Below are positions 36,869 to 51,860 of a stretch of DNA of 64,000 bases, piece after piece. Made by a program: the position numbers and the translations under genes. The notes below the pieces were generated by a model. The model ran no database searches and was not told the DNA's origin. It saw only the letters and a list, made by a program, of their open reading frames with translations. Source of the DNA: Octopus vulgaris (lineage: Eukaryota); contig OX597828.1 in NCBI GenBank assembly GCA_951406725.2, positions 35,464,001 to 35,528,000 of the forward strand. The letters are read 5' to 3'. The stretch's first letter is position 1. Every line of letters begins with the position of its first letter.

Positions 36869-37263
36869 GACAAAAAAAATCATCCTAATGAATTAGAACT
36901 TATTTTAGTGTTTTATCTCGTTTATTTTACCTTTATAATTAATTTACTTTTATATTTGTTGTCATTCTTGATATGTTCATTATTGTTATTGCCATATTCT
37001 TTCCTTGTTTTGTTTTTCTTTTCTATTCTTCTCTATATATTTTGCTATTCTTGTTATTATTATTATCTGTGTTTCCTCCTGTTTCTCAATACTTCCATTC
37101 TGCTTTTATTAATTCTTCCTTGTTGTTGTTGTTGTTGTATTCTTGTTTCGTGTTTCATTCATTTTTTTGTTTGTTTCTTTTGTTCATAATTTTGCTGTTT
37201 TTCCCTTTCACATTTCCATAAAAATTCATCTTCCAAATACATTATATGTATATATATGTCTGT

Positions 37264-37321
<58 letters not shown>

Positions 37322-37351
37322 GTATACATACATGTATACGTACAAATATAT

Positions 37352-37403
<52 letters not shown>

Positions 37404-37586
37404 ACATACATGCATAAATACATACATATACAACACATACATATATACATATATATATGCCCATATATATATGCACACACACACACACATATCCATATAC
37501 ACACACATATATATATATTTATATATAAGTACATATATACATAAATATACATATATACACATTTAATAATAAGTATATATAAATAC

Positions 37587-37617
<31 letters not shown>

Positions 37618-37671
37618 TATATATATACATGATATACATATGTATATATGCATATATATATATATATATAT

Positions 37672-37755
<84 letters not shown>

Positions 37756-38699
37756 GGACGGATGGACAGACAGACAGATAGACATAGAGATAGATGATTA
37801 ATGTATATATGTATATTTATAAATTTTACTCTTTTGTAATTTTTGTTTCCTAGTTGTTGAGTTATATCATCATTAAATTTACATAATAATCCTAAAAACT
37901 AATTTTTTTTTTTATTAACACTTAACGATAATAAACATGTCTCAAAATACCAATTTCCATTACCTCACATCCACCCGCCCACCCACTCCCCTTTCATTTA
38001 TTTATTTACCTTGTTTGTTTGTTTGTTTGTTTGTTTAGTTTGAAAACTTTCAATTGTCAGTAAACAAGACTTGTTGAAGTTTTGCTTGCAGATGGAAGAG
38101 GGGTTAGGGCGGTACGATTCCATTCAGTTCTTGTTTACCATATGTCCAGTTTTTCATCCTGAAGAAGATGAAGAAGATATAGTTTTTTTTCTTCTTTTAT
38201 TCTCTGGGACAATTTAGCATTTACAATTCTCTGGATATTTTGGCAGGGTGTTTTTAGGCTGGGGTGGGTGGTTTCTTTAATTTTCTAATTTCCTCTCTAT
38301 ATGTACTTGATATTTTGGTAAATATAAATTCCACACACACACATATAAACACATATTACTTACATACACAATGATATACACACACATGCATTCAATTAAC
38401 ATATTTTTCAAGTATAATTTATACCTATATATATGTATAGATATGTGTGTGTATATATATATATATATATACATATGCATATATGTGTGTATATATATAT
38501 ATAGGGAGAGAGAGAGACACACACATACATATGTATATATTTATATATACACACATATATGTATGTATTTTATACATACCCTTATACACACATATATATA
38601 TGCAAATTATTTTTGGATAATGATCTACTAGTTTGTTTATATATATATATAATTATTTTTCTGGCAACAAAACATCGTTCAAACAATTTGTTTTATATA

Positions 38700-39095
38700 T
38701 GTGGTAAGTAGCTTGCTTATGAACCACATGGTTCTGGGTTCAGTCCCACCGTGTGGCACCATGGGCAAGTGTCTGCTAGCCTTGGGCCAACCAAAGCCTT
38801 GTGAGTGGATTTGGTAGACGGAAACTGAAAGAAGCCCATCATATATATGTATATATATGTGTGTGTGTGTGTGTGTATATGTTTGTGTGTCTGTGTTTGT
38901 TCCCCCAACATCGCTTGACAACTGATGCTGGTGTGTTTACATCCCTGTAACTAAGTGGTTTGGCAAAAGAGCCCAATAGAATAAGTACTAGGCTTCCAAA
39001 GAATATGTCCTGAGGTTGATTTGCTCGACTAAGGCGGTACTCCAGCATGACCACAGTCAAATGACTGAAACAAGTAAAAGAGTAAAGAAAGTAAA
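38700..39095 (+). mobile_element. SINE family A
   Basis: Head, internal microsatellite and tail match the other copies. Confidence 0.85.
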
Positions 39096-40274
39096 GAATA
39101 TACATGTACAACCTATATTATATTTGTCTGTCTGCCTACTTCTCTCTCTCCCTTTACCTCTGTATATATATATAGGAAGAGAGAGAGAGAGAGATATGTA
39201 TATGTGTGTATATGTATGTATGTATGTATGTATTCATGCAGGCTGTCATAGTTGTCAGAGTGAGAGATAATGCATACGGTTTATTCTGCTTGTACTCTGA
39301 GTTAAAGTCACCCCTCATGTCACTGGAAGAAAAAAATATAAGTCAGAGAAAGAAGAAAAAATCGTTTCCTTGCAAGCCCATCCAAGAGTAGTGACAGTCT
39401 CAGGAAATTCTTGAATAAATACCTGATTATTGCAACTGACCACTTTCAATTCCAGCAGACCAGCTAACACAAGAGAATGTAAGAGCATCTTCAGTTGTGT
39501 GTCCTTAACAAGCAAAAAACAGTATATATAGGTGCAGGCATGGCTGTGTGGTTAAGCAATTCGCTTTCCAATCATGTGATTTGGGGTTCAGTCCCACTGT
39601 ATGGCACCTTCGGTTGGTGTTTTCTACTATAGCTCTGGAAAAAGTGAAACATTGTGACTGGATTTGAGCAAACATGAACTGACAAAGGCCTCTTGTTTAT
39701 GTGTAACTTAGTGATTCAGCAAAAGAGACTGATAGAATAAGTACCAGGTTTACAAAGAATAAGTCCCAGGGTCAATTTGTTTGACTAAAAGCCGGTGCTC
39801 CAGTATGGCTGCAGCCAAACGCCTGAGACAAATTAAAAAAGAAAACTGAATGTTCGGAAGAGAAGTTATGTCTGGATGAATACTGCAGTAAATTTGCCTT
39901 TCAACATTGTATTTACATTAGGTATGATACACAGATGGCTGTGTGAGTGTCTGTGTGTGTGTGTGTGTGTGTGCATGTCTGTGTGTATGCATGTGTGTGT
40001 GTATGCATATGTGTATGTGTGTTTATTTGTGTCTCTTTGTCTTGATATCATGCAACAGGCGTAAACAAATAGCAGTCATATAGTGAGACTTGTTTCCAAT
40101 CCTCTGTAAAAACATGTCTAGCCATGGGGGAAATATTGCCTGCTTGGAAACAGGTAAGAGTTGGTGACAGGAAGGGCATCCAGCCATAGAATCTCTGCCT
40201 CAAAAATTTCTGTCCAAATCATGGAAGCATTGAGAAGGGAGAAATAGGCATGCTGATGATGAAGATAAGTGTGT

Positions 40275-40462
40275 GTGTGTATGTTGTTAGCTCCTACATG
40301 CATTTTTTTCTCTCCTTGTTTTTTTCTGTGTATCTTTCTGTCGAAGAGCGTAGGCTCAAAATGTAAAAGACTTTTTCTATTACTGAGCGCTATACTAATA
40401 CATTTCTTTGTTTGTACTTCACCTGCCTTCGTCCTTTGTTTATTTTCGTAAACTTTCCCTTT
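40275..40462 (+). mobile_element. PLE-type terminal fragment with a decayed minimal hammerhead
   Basis: TCTTT-CTGTCGA-A-GAGC-GTAG-GCTC-AAAA-TG-TA-AAAGA at 40333-40370; ends at (TA)n. Confidence 0.5.
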
Positions 40463-41413
40463 ATATATATATATATATATGTATTCTTTTATTCTTTTAT
40501 TTGTTTCAGTCATTTGACTGTGGCCATGCTGGAGCACCACCTTTTAGTCAAAGAAATCAACCACTGGACTTATTCTTTGTAATTCTGGTGCTTATTCTAT
40601 CAATCTCTTATGCCAAACTGCAAAGCTACATAGACATAAACACACCAACATCGGTTGTCAAGCGATGGTAAGGGGACAAACACACACACACACATACATG
40701 GCAGGCTTCTTTCAGTTTCCGTCTACCAATTCCACTGAAAAGTCTTTGGTCAGCTTGAGGCAATAGTAGAAGTGGTGGTGGTGGTGGTCACATGATGGTA
40801 GTGATGCTGAATTTAAATAATACAGTTTGTCACAAGAGTGATGTTACTGAAGGTGGTGGTGGTGGTGGTGGTGGTTGAAAATTATATGCTGGCAATGATA
40901 TTATAATTGTTGTTGGTGGTGGTCACTATGATAACAGCGATGATCATGATAGCATTAGTGTTGGTGGTGGTGGTGGTGGTGGTGGTAATGGTAGTGACAG
41001 TGATGATATTGACGTTTGTAATGCTTCCATCGACTGCAAAAGTAAGTAAATAGACAACAGCAGTGTTGGGTCCTTGCCTTAGCAAGAGTTGCTGTTATTA
41101 AGATTGGACCCATATAAGATATCCTCAATTATTCTAGATATATTAAAACAAGTTTCATCTGCTCATGTAGGGGTAACTAATTTGTCTAACTTCATTGAAT
41201 TATATGAGTCTGTAAGTATGTTAGTATGTGTGTGTGTATATATATATATATAAACATATATATATATGTATGTATACAGAGAGAGATACATATATAGGCA
41301 TATATATGTATGTATAAATATATGTATGTATGTATCTTTGTGTGTATGTATGAATTTATATATTTATACAAACATATATATGATACATATGTGTGTGTGT
41401 GTGTATATATATG

Positions 41414-41475
<62 letters not shown>

Positions 41476-41889
41476 ATATACATATACATGTATATATTTG
41501 TGATATATGATAAACGTATGTGTATAAATATATATATGATATATGTGTGTATATGTTTAGAAATATATACATACATATCTATATATACATATACATGTGT
41601 GTTGGGGGGGAGCAAGGTGGAGGTAACAGAAACACAATACTTGGATGAAACATGGTGTCAATTTCTTGTATTCTACATTCTTCTTCATGCCTGCATTCAG
41701 ACATGGATATCCACATCACCACACACACACTCACACACACACACACACTACACCCACATATCCATTAAATATATTTACTCCTATTTCCATGGGTGTCAAC
41801 ACCAATGTTCGTATTCTCTAACATTGATACATATATATATATATATATATATGTGTATGTGTGTGTTTGTGTGTATGTGTGTCTGTGTG

Positions 41890-41942
<53 letters not shown>

Positions 41943-42525
41943 ATATATATATATTTACAGATATATATATATGTATATATATATATAAATGTATGTATAT
42001 AGATAGATATATCACCTTAAACTAGATACATACATTCTTATACAAGCCCATATACATAAACATATAATTTTATGTATTATATACGGACACAGACGTCATT
42101 AAAACACACACATATACACATACCTCTCTCACTCTCACTATCTATCTATCTACCTATCTATCTATCGTCTGAGTGTTCCACTGTAACTGACCTTACTATG
42201 TTCCTATGATCAGGCAGCCTCAAAACTTCCATATATAGTTTTGTATATATGTGTGTATGTAAAAAGCCCTCAGTCCACTCTGCAAGGTAGCTGGTGTTAG
42301 GAAGGGCATCCAGCTTTAAAAACTGTGTCAAAACAGACAATGAAGTTTAGTGCAATCTTCTGCCTAGTATCCAATCTATGGAAAATGGACATTAAATGGT
42401 GAAGATGATGATGATAATGATTGTGTACATCTACATACACACATAAACACACACATGTGTATATATATATATATATATATATAGGTATATTGGTGCAAAC
42501 AAGAAAAATAGAACTTGGAATATGA

Positions 42526-42564
<39 letters not shown>

Positions 42565-43185
42565 CATGCCTGTATGTATGTATGTATAAACATAAATATA
42601 TATGTATTTACATGCATGCATGTATATATATAAATACATATATGAGCATAGCTATTAATGCTCCCACCAGTCTACCCTTCTTTGCATACACATAACGACA
42701 CGTAACATGTTCAGCCTCAAATTTCCTTCTTCCAGCAAAGATCTGACTCACCAGTTTCTTTCCTAGTCAAATATATCAGACCTATTGGCACAAATTGAAA
42801 ACTTAACCCGTGTTTATCACCAATATCACCAACTGACATCCCATGCTCTGTGAGGAAAAGCGAAAGGCTATACATTATGTACTTGCCACGGACAGACAGC
42901 TAATGTTTTCACTTTTACGATGATGGACAACTGAAATTTCTGTCTAGTTTTATTGGTGGAGTCATATTGCTGGAAGTTTCCAAATCACAGTCTCATTGTG
43001 CTTCTCTCTAGTATTATAACTGTGTATGTGTGTAGGTGTGCATGAATGTGCAAGTGTGTTTATATATGTATATATATGTATCTTTATATATATATACTCA
43101 CACACATATGCATACATATATATGTGTATATGTATATATATATAGATAGATAGATAGATAGATATATAGATATAGATATATATAT

Positions 43186-43239
<54 letters not shown>

Positions 43240-43267
43240 CACATACATATATATACATACATATATT

Positions 43268-43342
<75 letters not shown>

Positions 43343-43660
43343 ATATAGATAGATAGATAGATAGATAGGTAGGTAGATAGATATATATACATATAGATAG
43401 ATAGTATCTAAATATATGCATGTGCATGTTTGCGTCTGTTTGTCCTTGACATCGTGCAATAGATGTAAATGAGTGTCACCATCACACAAGCAGTGTCATT
43501 TATTTCCAAAATTCTGTGAATACATTTCTGGCCACGAGGAAATATCACCTTGTTTGAGATTCTGTGAGAGTTGGTGATAGGAAGGGCATCTGGCCATTGA
43601 ATACCTGCCTCAGTAAACCCCTAACAACACATACAAGCATTGAAACCTGAATGTTAAAAC

Positions 43661-43858
43661 ATCATCATCATCATCATCATCATCGGTTAACGTCCGTTTT
43701 CCATGCTAGCATGGGTTGGACGGTTCAACCAGGGTCTGGGAAACCAGGAGGCTGCACCAGGCTCCAGTCTGATCTGGCAGTGTTTCTACAGCTGGATGCC
43801 CTTCCTAACGCCAACCACTCCATGAGTGTAGTGGGTGCTTTTTACGTGCCACTGGCAT
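43661..43858 (-). mobile_element. RTE LINE 3' fragment, tail-to-tail with an RTE-tailed SINE (~43420-43660, +)
   Basis: (CAT)n followed by GGTTAACGTCCGTTTTCCATGCTAGCATGGG. Confidence 0.85.
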
Positions 43859-44615
43859 AAATACAAATGGCAATGACAAAAAAAAAAAAAATTCTACTCA
43901 TGATATATATATATCTGGGTGCATGTGTTTTGTGTGTGTTTACAAATACACATGCACACACACACACATACATGTTTTATTAAAAAAATTGAGTCCAACA
44001 AAATATATCCTCAGCAGAAACAGAATATATTTTCTTGGCCCATTGTGTCAAATGAAATGTAATACTTCTCAGATTAAGCTCCAGTTTGAATTACTCATTC
44101 TAAGTTAGGTGACTCATGAACAGGGAATCACCTCTGACTTATATTTATCAATCCATCCATTCATCCATCCATTCATTCATTCGTTTCTTAAATGTATTAT
44201 GTGAATCAAGTTGTTAACCGATTTACATCATTTAGAAAATTATGTCGCATGTGCCATACAAACTGCTCTTGAAGATTACTTATATAACAGAACAAAACTA
44301 CTCCAAAGGACCACTTAGACATGGAGGTGCATTTTGCTGCTGTAACAAACTCCAGCCTAATCAGTTCCTGCCACTACATACACTATCACTCCCAAACAGC
44401 ATTATCAATCTCCAAAACTCCAGAAACACTACTACCCTTTCACACATTCTAAGCAAATCCAAAAATCTATATATATGCACAACAAAAACTGTAGCAGCAT
44501 TAATAACCCCCTTGCACTGAGACAGGCACAGCTAATGGTGCAGAGAAGTAACATCTCATCTGTTTTAAATGAGTCAGTTTTCCCTTCCCTTCTAGGTTAG
44601 TGACCAAAACGTAAG

Positions 44616-44824
44616 CTGGAAGTAGACTCCAGATAAGTTGAGAGAGCTCTTTGTAGATACTGTATATCTGGGATTATAAATTCCAGATTAGTTGAGAGTT
44701 GAAAGAGTTCTTTGTGTATACTGTGTATACTGTATATCTGGAAGAAAAATCCAGAGAAGTTGAGAGTTGGAAAAGCTCTCCCTGCAGCTACTGTACATCT
44801 GGAGGTAAATTCCAGATGAGTTGA
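44616..44824. repeat. ~53-69-bp degenerate minisatellite, about 3.3 copies
   Basis: Repeating CTGTA.ATCTGG...TCCAGA..AGTTGAGAG. Confidence 0.75.
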
Positions 44825-45940
44825 TTTTAAGCTGATTTTAATTAGTGCGGGAAGCCATTTTACTTAATTCAGACTGTTAACACATTTGAGAAAGGCATGA
44901 ATATCACACATTTTCATATTTATGTCCTTGAAATTAAAAAGAAGGCTAGTCATTCTCTGGCATCTCTTTCGGTGAGAAAGATCAAATAATTCATTCTATT
45001 TGCCACACTTGCACTAGATAAATAAAATATTGATTGATTGATTGATCCAAATGAGTTCTTGGAGGAAGGTGAAGGACAGAAGGGGGCAGAGGTGTGGAAT
45101 CTGAAATTAAAAGAGATTTTCTTGTTTGTCAATGTTCTTTTTCCTTCACTTAAGCCTCTTTGTCAGGAGACTGACCATTTCCAATAATAAGTGCTATTGT
45201 ACATGGGGTCAGTGACAGGGTGTGGGGTGAACAGAGTTTGTCGTTTGAGAATACTTGAACAACTGATGAAATGAAGTGAACGGACAGGTGTTAAGGATTG
45301 GGAAAAACTAATGGAGACTGATGATAGGTAAAGACAGGGAGGAAGATTAAATGGCTGCATCTGTGGTGAAATTAGCGATAGAACCTGATTTAAGAGGCCA
45401 CAGATTAGAGATTGAAATAAAATGACTGAATGCTGAGATATAAGGAAATTCTTTGTCTAATCTATTGAAAGATCTATTAATTATGATGTATTAGCAGCAA
45501 ACTTCCATAGAGTAACAAATAAGTTGATGTTGAACTGAATCAAGGAGCTAACTTTGATCATGCATATATAAAAATGTATGTATAAAAATCTATTTGACAC
45601 GTTCAATGGAGGAAGGAAATATTTAACATTTTGAAAATCTGCCACAAAAGTCATTTAAAGTTTTCAAAGAATATTGATGTTTTGGTGAATTAGTGAATTA
45701 TTTACAAATTTCAATACATATATAAGTTATTATTGTCTAATAATATTATTGTCTAAATGTTGATATATTGCAATAAGAACACAACTAGATTTTTTTTATT
45801 ATATCTGTTTAATTTATTGTTAGTTTAAAGATTTGATTGAGATATATATTTGTCTGTTAAACATGGATATATTGACAGAAAATGGCATATTGTTTTGTAG
45901 AACTAAGGTAGTTTCACAACATGACTGGAAAAAGTAAATA

Positions 45941-46307
45941 AACAAGAGCGCTCAGAGAGCCAAAACCTCTGCCAAGGCAACACCAAAGTCCTCTCAATGA
46001 TTGGCCTGAGATAATTTTTAAAATGAGAATATCTGAAATAAACTCGACTGTTCTCACAAATGAGAATACTAAAAATGAACCCAACCGCTCTCAAAAATTA
46101 AGTAAAAAAAACAGGAAAAATAATCCAGAATCCTTGTCCGGTACCATATCAATTCCAAAATCTAATCGATTCATGCCAATCATGAGGCCAAACATCCCTG
46201 AAGGTTTCATTCAAATCCATTCAGCAGTTCTTGAGATATCTTGTCCACGGACAGACAAACAAACGCAACTGGAAACAATACCTCTGCCTTAGCAAAAGCG
46301 GAAGTAA
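45941..46307 (+). mobile_element. Helentron-associated / DINE-1-like non-autonomous element
   Basis: AACAAG start, subterminal ACCTCTGCC repeated near both ends, GGAC/AGAC/AAAC microsatellite, terminal hairpin TACCTCTGCCTTAGCAAAAGCGGAAGTA. Confidence 0.55.
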
Positions 46308-47289
46308 TGAAAAGAATGTTGAAAGAAAAGAAAAGAAAAGAAAACAGAACGAAAGTCCATCACAGACCAACATCAAACAAACTTAATCAGTTGGTAGCTA
46401 TTCGTCTCTAGAATGTTTGGAATCATCCATGCCCATCCTTCATTAGTTTATTACCGACACTCTAACATAAACTTCAATGTGAAAGAGTGGGAATTAAGCT
46501 CCAGATTCTTTTTGCTTGGATAAATACAAGGTTTTAAATATACCTTTAAGATGTAAAAAAAAATCATCAAATTTAAGAAATTTTGTTGGATATCCCTCTC
46601 CTCTACCAAATGCATCATTTATTATATATGTCTATATTCAAAATAACATAATTTATATATAATAATTAAAACCTACACAGAATTTTATATATTTTATAAT
46701 CAAAAAATCGTTTATTCTGTATATCCAGAGAGACATCTAGCAACCATTTCACTTAAAATCCACTTCACTTCAGTTAAACTGTAATTGTCCTATAAAGCTA
46801 AAAAAACAAAAAATACAGATTTTTCGTAAAGGTGTAAACGATGAAATTTTATAATGAAGGTGGGTTGAAAATGTGTGATTTCCATGATTTTGTCAAAACC
46901 ATTAATCAAATCAAGGGAATATTGATCTCACATAAAGATTCAAGACTTCAAATTTATAGAGCAAGGAAAAATTATTGCATCTGGCAATCATGTCTTTTTT
47001 TTAAGTCAAAAGCAATAGCCCAGTTAACTATATATGAGTTGGTTTCATACATAAACGTATGGCCTGGGATTTCTAACTTTGTAGGAAGAGGATGTATGAC
47101 GTTCATGCCTTGCTAAAAGCTTTAAACCTCGTTGGTGCTTTTTTCTTTCTCACAAAGACCTCTGATGTATATGTAAATATACATGTGTGTGTCTGAGACT
47201 TTCATATTTTTCTCAAGACTATTATCCAAATATATAAAATATTCATTATACACAAAACAATATATATACATATATGTGTGTGTGTGCAT

Positions 47290-47668
47290 GCACAGGAGTG
47301 GCTGTGTAGTAAGAAGCTTGCTTCCCAACCACATGGTTCTGGGTTCAGTCCCACTTCATGGTACCTTGGGCAAGTGCCTTCTGCTCTAGCCTCAGATCGA
47401 CCTTGTGAGTCGATTTGGTAGATGGAAATTGAAAGAAGCCTGTCATATATATATATATATTTGTATATATATATTTGTATATATATGTATGTATTTGTGT
47501 GTCTGTGTTTGTACCCCCACCCCTACTATAACTTGATAACCAATGCTAGTGTGTTTACATCTCCATAACCTAGCAGTTCAGCAAAAAGAGACACAGAGAA
47601 TAAATCCTGGGTTTGATTTGTCGTGGTGCTCCAGCATGGCCACAATCAAACGACTGAAACAAGTAAAA

Positions 47669-47670
<2 letters not shown>
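47290..47670 (+). mobile_element. SINE family A
   Basis: Head through GAAACAAGTAAAAGAA tail. Confidence 0.8.
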
Positions 47671-47722
<52 letters not shown>

Positions 47723-49330
47723 CGATACGTCCAGTTTAATGTCCAATCAGAAGTATGCCAATTGGCTTTTGCTTAAAGAATATGTCTAGTGGTTCTTTCC
47801 CCTTTTCCTTTATTCTAATTTTATCAATTGCAACCAGTTACACACATACAGACATTTATTGAGATATGTTATGAGACTCTACAGCATTCATGCCTCTCCA
47901 TCGAAGAACATCTGCAGTGCAAGTGTTGTGAAAGAGTTGCAGCCCTCACATGACAGTGGCATTGCACCCCTACCTCACTGGGAAGCTTATCAGCTATTGT
48001 TGATCAGTATTTTCAGGCCCTAATCAAGCAGCCTGCAATCACAGATGTTTCAGCAGTGATCATCTAGTGCTTATGTATTCATAGGACTACATTATCCAAT
48101 GGCCCATTGATTCATTTTTTTTAAAGAAGGATAAAATGTGTTTTGAGGGAGGGAGATTTGAGCTGCTATTTCTAGCAGACTGAATTACCATGTAGAGGCC
48201 TTCTCACAAAATTGGTCTCTGGTGGATCTAGGGCCTATAAGAGATGAGAACATTGGTTTGAGGCCCAAAGAGCTAAGGTAGAACCCTTAACTATATACTC
48301 CCTTAAGGGGGAAAAATCCTTCATAAACCATTGAATTTTGAGAGATTGCCTTCACTCTTGGGACCCCAAAATATATTTTGATCAAGCCTGGTAAATATAT
48401 CTCTCAAGAGTCCTGATTTGGTATTTTAGGTTGCTGTTGTTGTGGAAGGCCGTTCAGGCCCTCTGTCTGTTATGACATAGTTTCTACAGCGGAACACCCT
48501 TCCTAATGCCAACCATGTCACAGAGTGTACTGCATACTTTTACACAGCCCCAGCACAGATGCTTTTTACATGGCTCCAGCACCTAAGGGCCTGTGAGATT
48601 AGGGATGCTCAGCTGGAGAGGTTTACAGGAGATGAGACTGTGTGCAAGGGTAACCATGCTTTTACTTAGCTTCACGTGTCTTTTCGAGCACAGCAAACTG
48701 CCAGGAGTCTCAATCCCCTGCCATCCCCTCTGTGAGTCCCAACAACTGTATATCCTTTCTCAGCACTTTGTCCCACATCTTCCTGGGTCTACCTATACAT
48801 GATTATTGAAAGCATTATGAATAGATAAAGATTATACCTGACAGAGTAATCTGAGCGCTAAAGAGTTGAACAACTCACATACATTAAGTATATGTTATTG
48901 ATAATAAGGGCCCTTTGGTAAACTTATATATCTCAGATCCTTTCTTTTTACATGTCTCACACTCTTTGTCACTCGACTCCTCCCACAGCCACGTTTCTCT
49001 TTAACACACACCATGTTCATAAAACCATGACTTATAAATTCAACAAATCAAATGAAAGGAAGACCACAGACTTCCATTGAACTTCATGGTTTCTGTTCTG
49101 TTTCAATTGCTTCAAGTTAATCATTTGCTCAAAAAATCTGTGAAGTGTGACTTATCAAAGCTACTGTAATCTGACATGAAATCATTATGTCTTTTATAAT
49201 TAATGCATGTGTTTTTTTTTGTATCCTTTTTATTTCTTTTTTTACATTTTAGTTGATAAATTTTCATTTATGAAAGATGCTAAGTTAAAAACAACTAATA
49301 AAGCATAATTATCATCTTTATATCATTATA

Positions 49331-49384
<54 letters not shown>

Positions 49385-49841
49385 GAGTGAGAGAGCAGTT
49401 CATGCCATCAAAGTGGCACTGGGGTAAAATATACGAAGCCCAGTATACCCATCATGACTACCCGTCTGATAAGGGTACACCAGGCACATGCATCACAACC
49501 ATATGTGCGCGACATGGTGATCTCATATCAAGATAAACAGCGCATGACCTTGCAGGTGGGGCCCAGTTTGAATTTTCTTCAGGTTGAGTAGCCCATCCCG
49601 CTCAAAAGGTCCCTGAATAAGGGTTGTTTAAGGATGTTGAAAGAACCACCCATGTTTCCAGAGGTGAACTATTCAAACCCCAAAGAATCCCTCTCAACAG
49701 ATGGCTATGATGCTCCCCCACTACTTCTGCTCTTGATCAGAGATGCACATATCGTCAGCCACTAAGGGACATGCTCAACTGGTTAAGGTCAAACAACTGA
49801 CAAGCAAATCTGTGGTATTGAGCAGAATATTTGCTGTAGCA
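49385..49841 (-). mobile_element. Probable 3' end of a non-LTR retroelement embedded in (TAA)n
   Basis: Complex, GC-balanced ~457-bp block sharply bounded by (ATT)n on both sides; no diagnostic protein motif, orientation inferred. Confidence 0.5.
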
Positions 49842-49856
49842 AATTATTATTATTAT

Positions 49857-49906
<50 letters not shown>

Positions 49907-50277
49907 TTATTATTATTATTATTTTTTTTTTATTATTCATTTAACGTCCATACTCCATGCAAGCATGGGTGGGACGGTACCACAAAAGCTGGCCAGGCCG
50001 AAGCCTGCACCAGACTTCTGTGACTGTTTTGGCAGGATTTTTACAGCTGAATGCCCTTCCTGTCACCAACTGCTCAGAATCGTTAGCACACCAAGCAAAA
50101 TGCTTAGTGACATTTTGTTTGTTCTTACGTTTTAAGTTTGAATTCTGCCAAGGTCAACTCTGCTTTTCATCCTTTCAGGGTTGATAAATTAAGTACCAGT
50201 GAAACACTGGTGTCGATGTTATTAACTAGTCCCCTACCCCAAAATGTCAGGCCTTGTGTCTTTAGTAGAAAGGATTA

Positions 50278-50363
<86 letters not shown>

Positions 50364-50371
50364 TATTTATT

Positions 50372-50928
50372 TTTATCATAGGTTTTTTTTGGACTTTTGG
50401 AGTCTTGCATTGCATAATGGGCTTGTTACCTGCAGCCTACAGTACCATGATATCCCTTCTATTCAGCTATCTAATACTTTCCTGATTATTCTGGCTGTAC
50501 CAAGGAGGCAAACCTTTTCTAACAGTTCTACTGAGCACTCTATTCCAATTTCTTTTATACTCCTCTTGATACCTTCTGATAAAGTCCCCAAGGAAACAAC
50601 AATAACCAGCACTGTCTTCACCTTCTTCATTTTCCATAGCTGGGCTGTTTGTATTTAAGAGGGTTGTATTTTATATAATTTTGTCACTTTTCTTCTTGAC
50701 TGTTCATGGCTCAGAGGGGCATGCAACAATAACTATATAGCCCATGAGGTGCATCTTGTCGACCACCACCAGGTCCAGTCTGTTATGCTCTGGTGCTTCA
50801 TCTGTTTGGACTGGGAAATTCCAGAGGATTTTACTAGTTTCCAACTCTGTCACTCTCTGCGGTTTGTGTTCAGACAAAGTCTTGAGTCCCTCTAGACCCC
50901 ACTTTTCACAGTTTCCAATGCTACCAAT
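50372..50928 (-). mobile_element. R4/Dong-clade non-LTR retrotransposon 3' fragment (restriction-like endonuclease)
   Basis: KILWNFPVQTD...HNRLDLVVVDK...IVACP (degenerate RPD motif) and LWKMKKV...LGT....VELLEKVCLLGTARIIRKVLDS*; ends in (TAA)n. Confidence 0.85.
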
Positions 50929-50932
50929 TATT

Positions 50933-51060
<128 letters not shown>

Positions 51061-51464
51061 CATTACTACTATTATTTCTGCCAAGATCACCTTTACCTTC
51101 CATCATTTCGAGGTCGATAGAATAAGTACCAGTTGAGCACTAGGGTCAATGTAATTGACTTACCCCTCCTCCAAAATTTCAGACCTTGTTCAGAAAGGAT
51201 TATTATTATTATTCAAGATGGTAAGTTAGCAGAATTGTTAAGATGCCCGAGAAAATGCTTCACAGCATTTCATTTTTCTCTAAATTCAGAGTTCAAATTC
51301 TGCCAGCGTCAACTTTGCGATTCATCATTTCCCAGCTGATAAAATAACCACCAGTCAACTCTGGAGATCAATGAAATTCTTTAGCCCCTCTCTAACAAAA
51401 TTCCAGCCCTTGTGCCTATAGAAGAAAATATTACTTATTATTATTATTATTATTATTATTATTT

Positions 51465-51860
51465 AAATGGGAAACTCAAGTGTTTAAGATATATCTCATG
51501 GATTTATAAGTATTCTAGTTAAATTGAGACGTGTCATTGTTGTATGTATGCAGTGCTAGTCAGAATTACTTTTAGAATTCCTGGGACAGATGGTTCTCCT
51601 GGGATGTTACCAGAATGTTTCACACATCTTTTCTTTAATCATGCCTAAGGCCTATATAACGGCTGGCATTGTTTTTGGCTTGAGGTGCCACAATCTTTCA
51701 ATCTTTTCAATCAATCTCATTAGAGGCTTGTGTATAGGTTTCTCTTTTCTTTAATACATTTATTGATATAATATTATTCAATTATACACTTGTATCAATT
51801 AATACATTGGTCTTGTTTCTGTTAGCCTTAATCATATCTGGTCTATTTGCTTGTTGTTGT
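51465..51860 (-). mobile_element. Second, older R4/Dong RLE fragment
   Basis: ANRPDMI...LIDTSV...IERLWHLKPKTMPAVI*ALGMIK...IL.STAYI; ends in (TAA)n. Confidence 0.7.
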
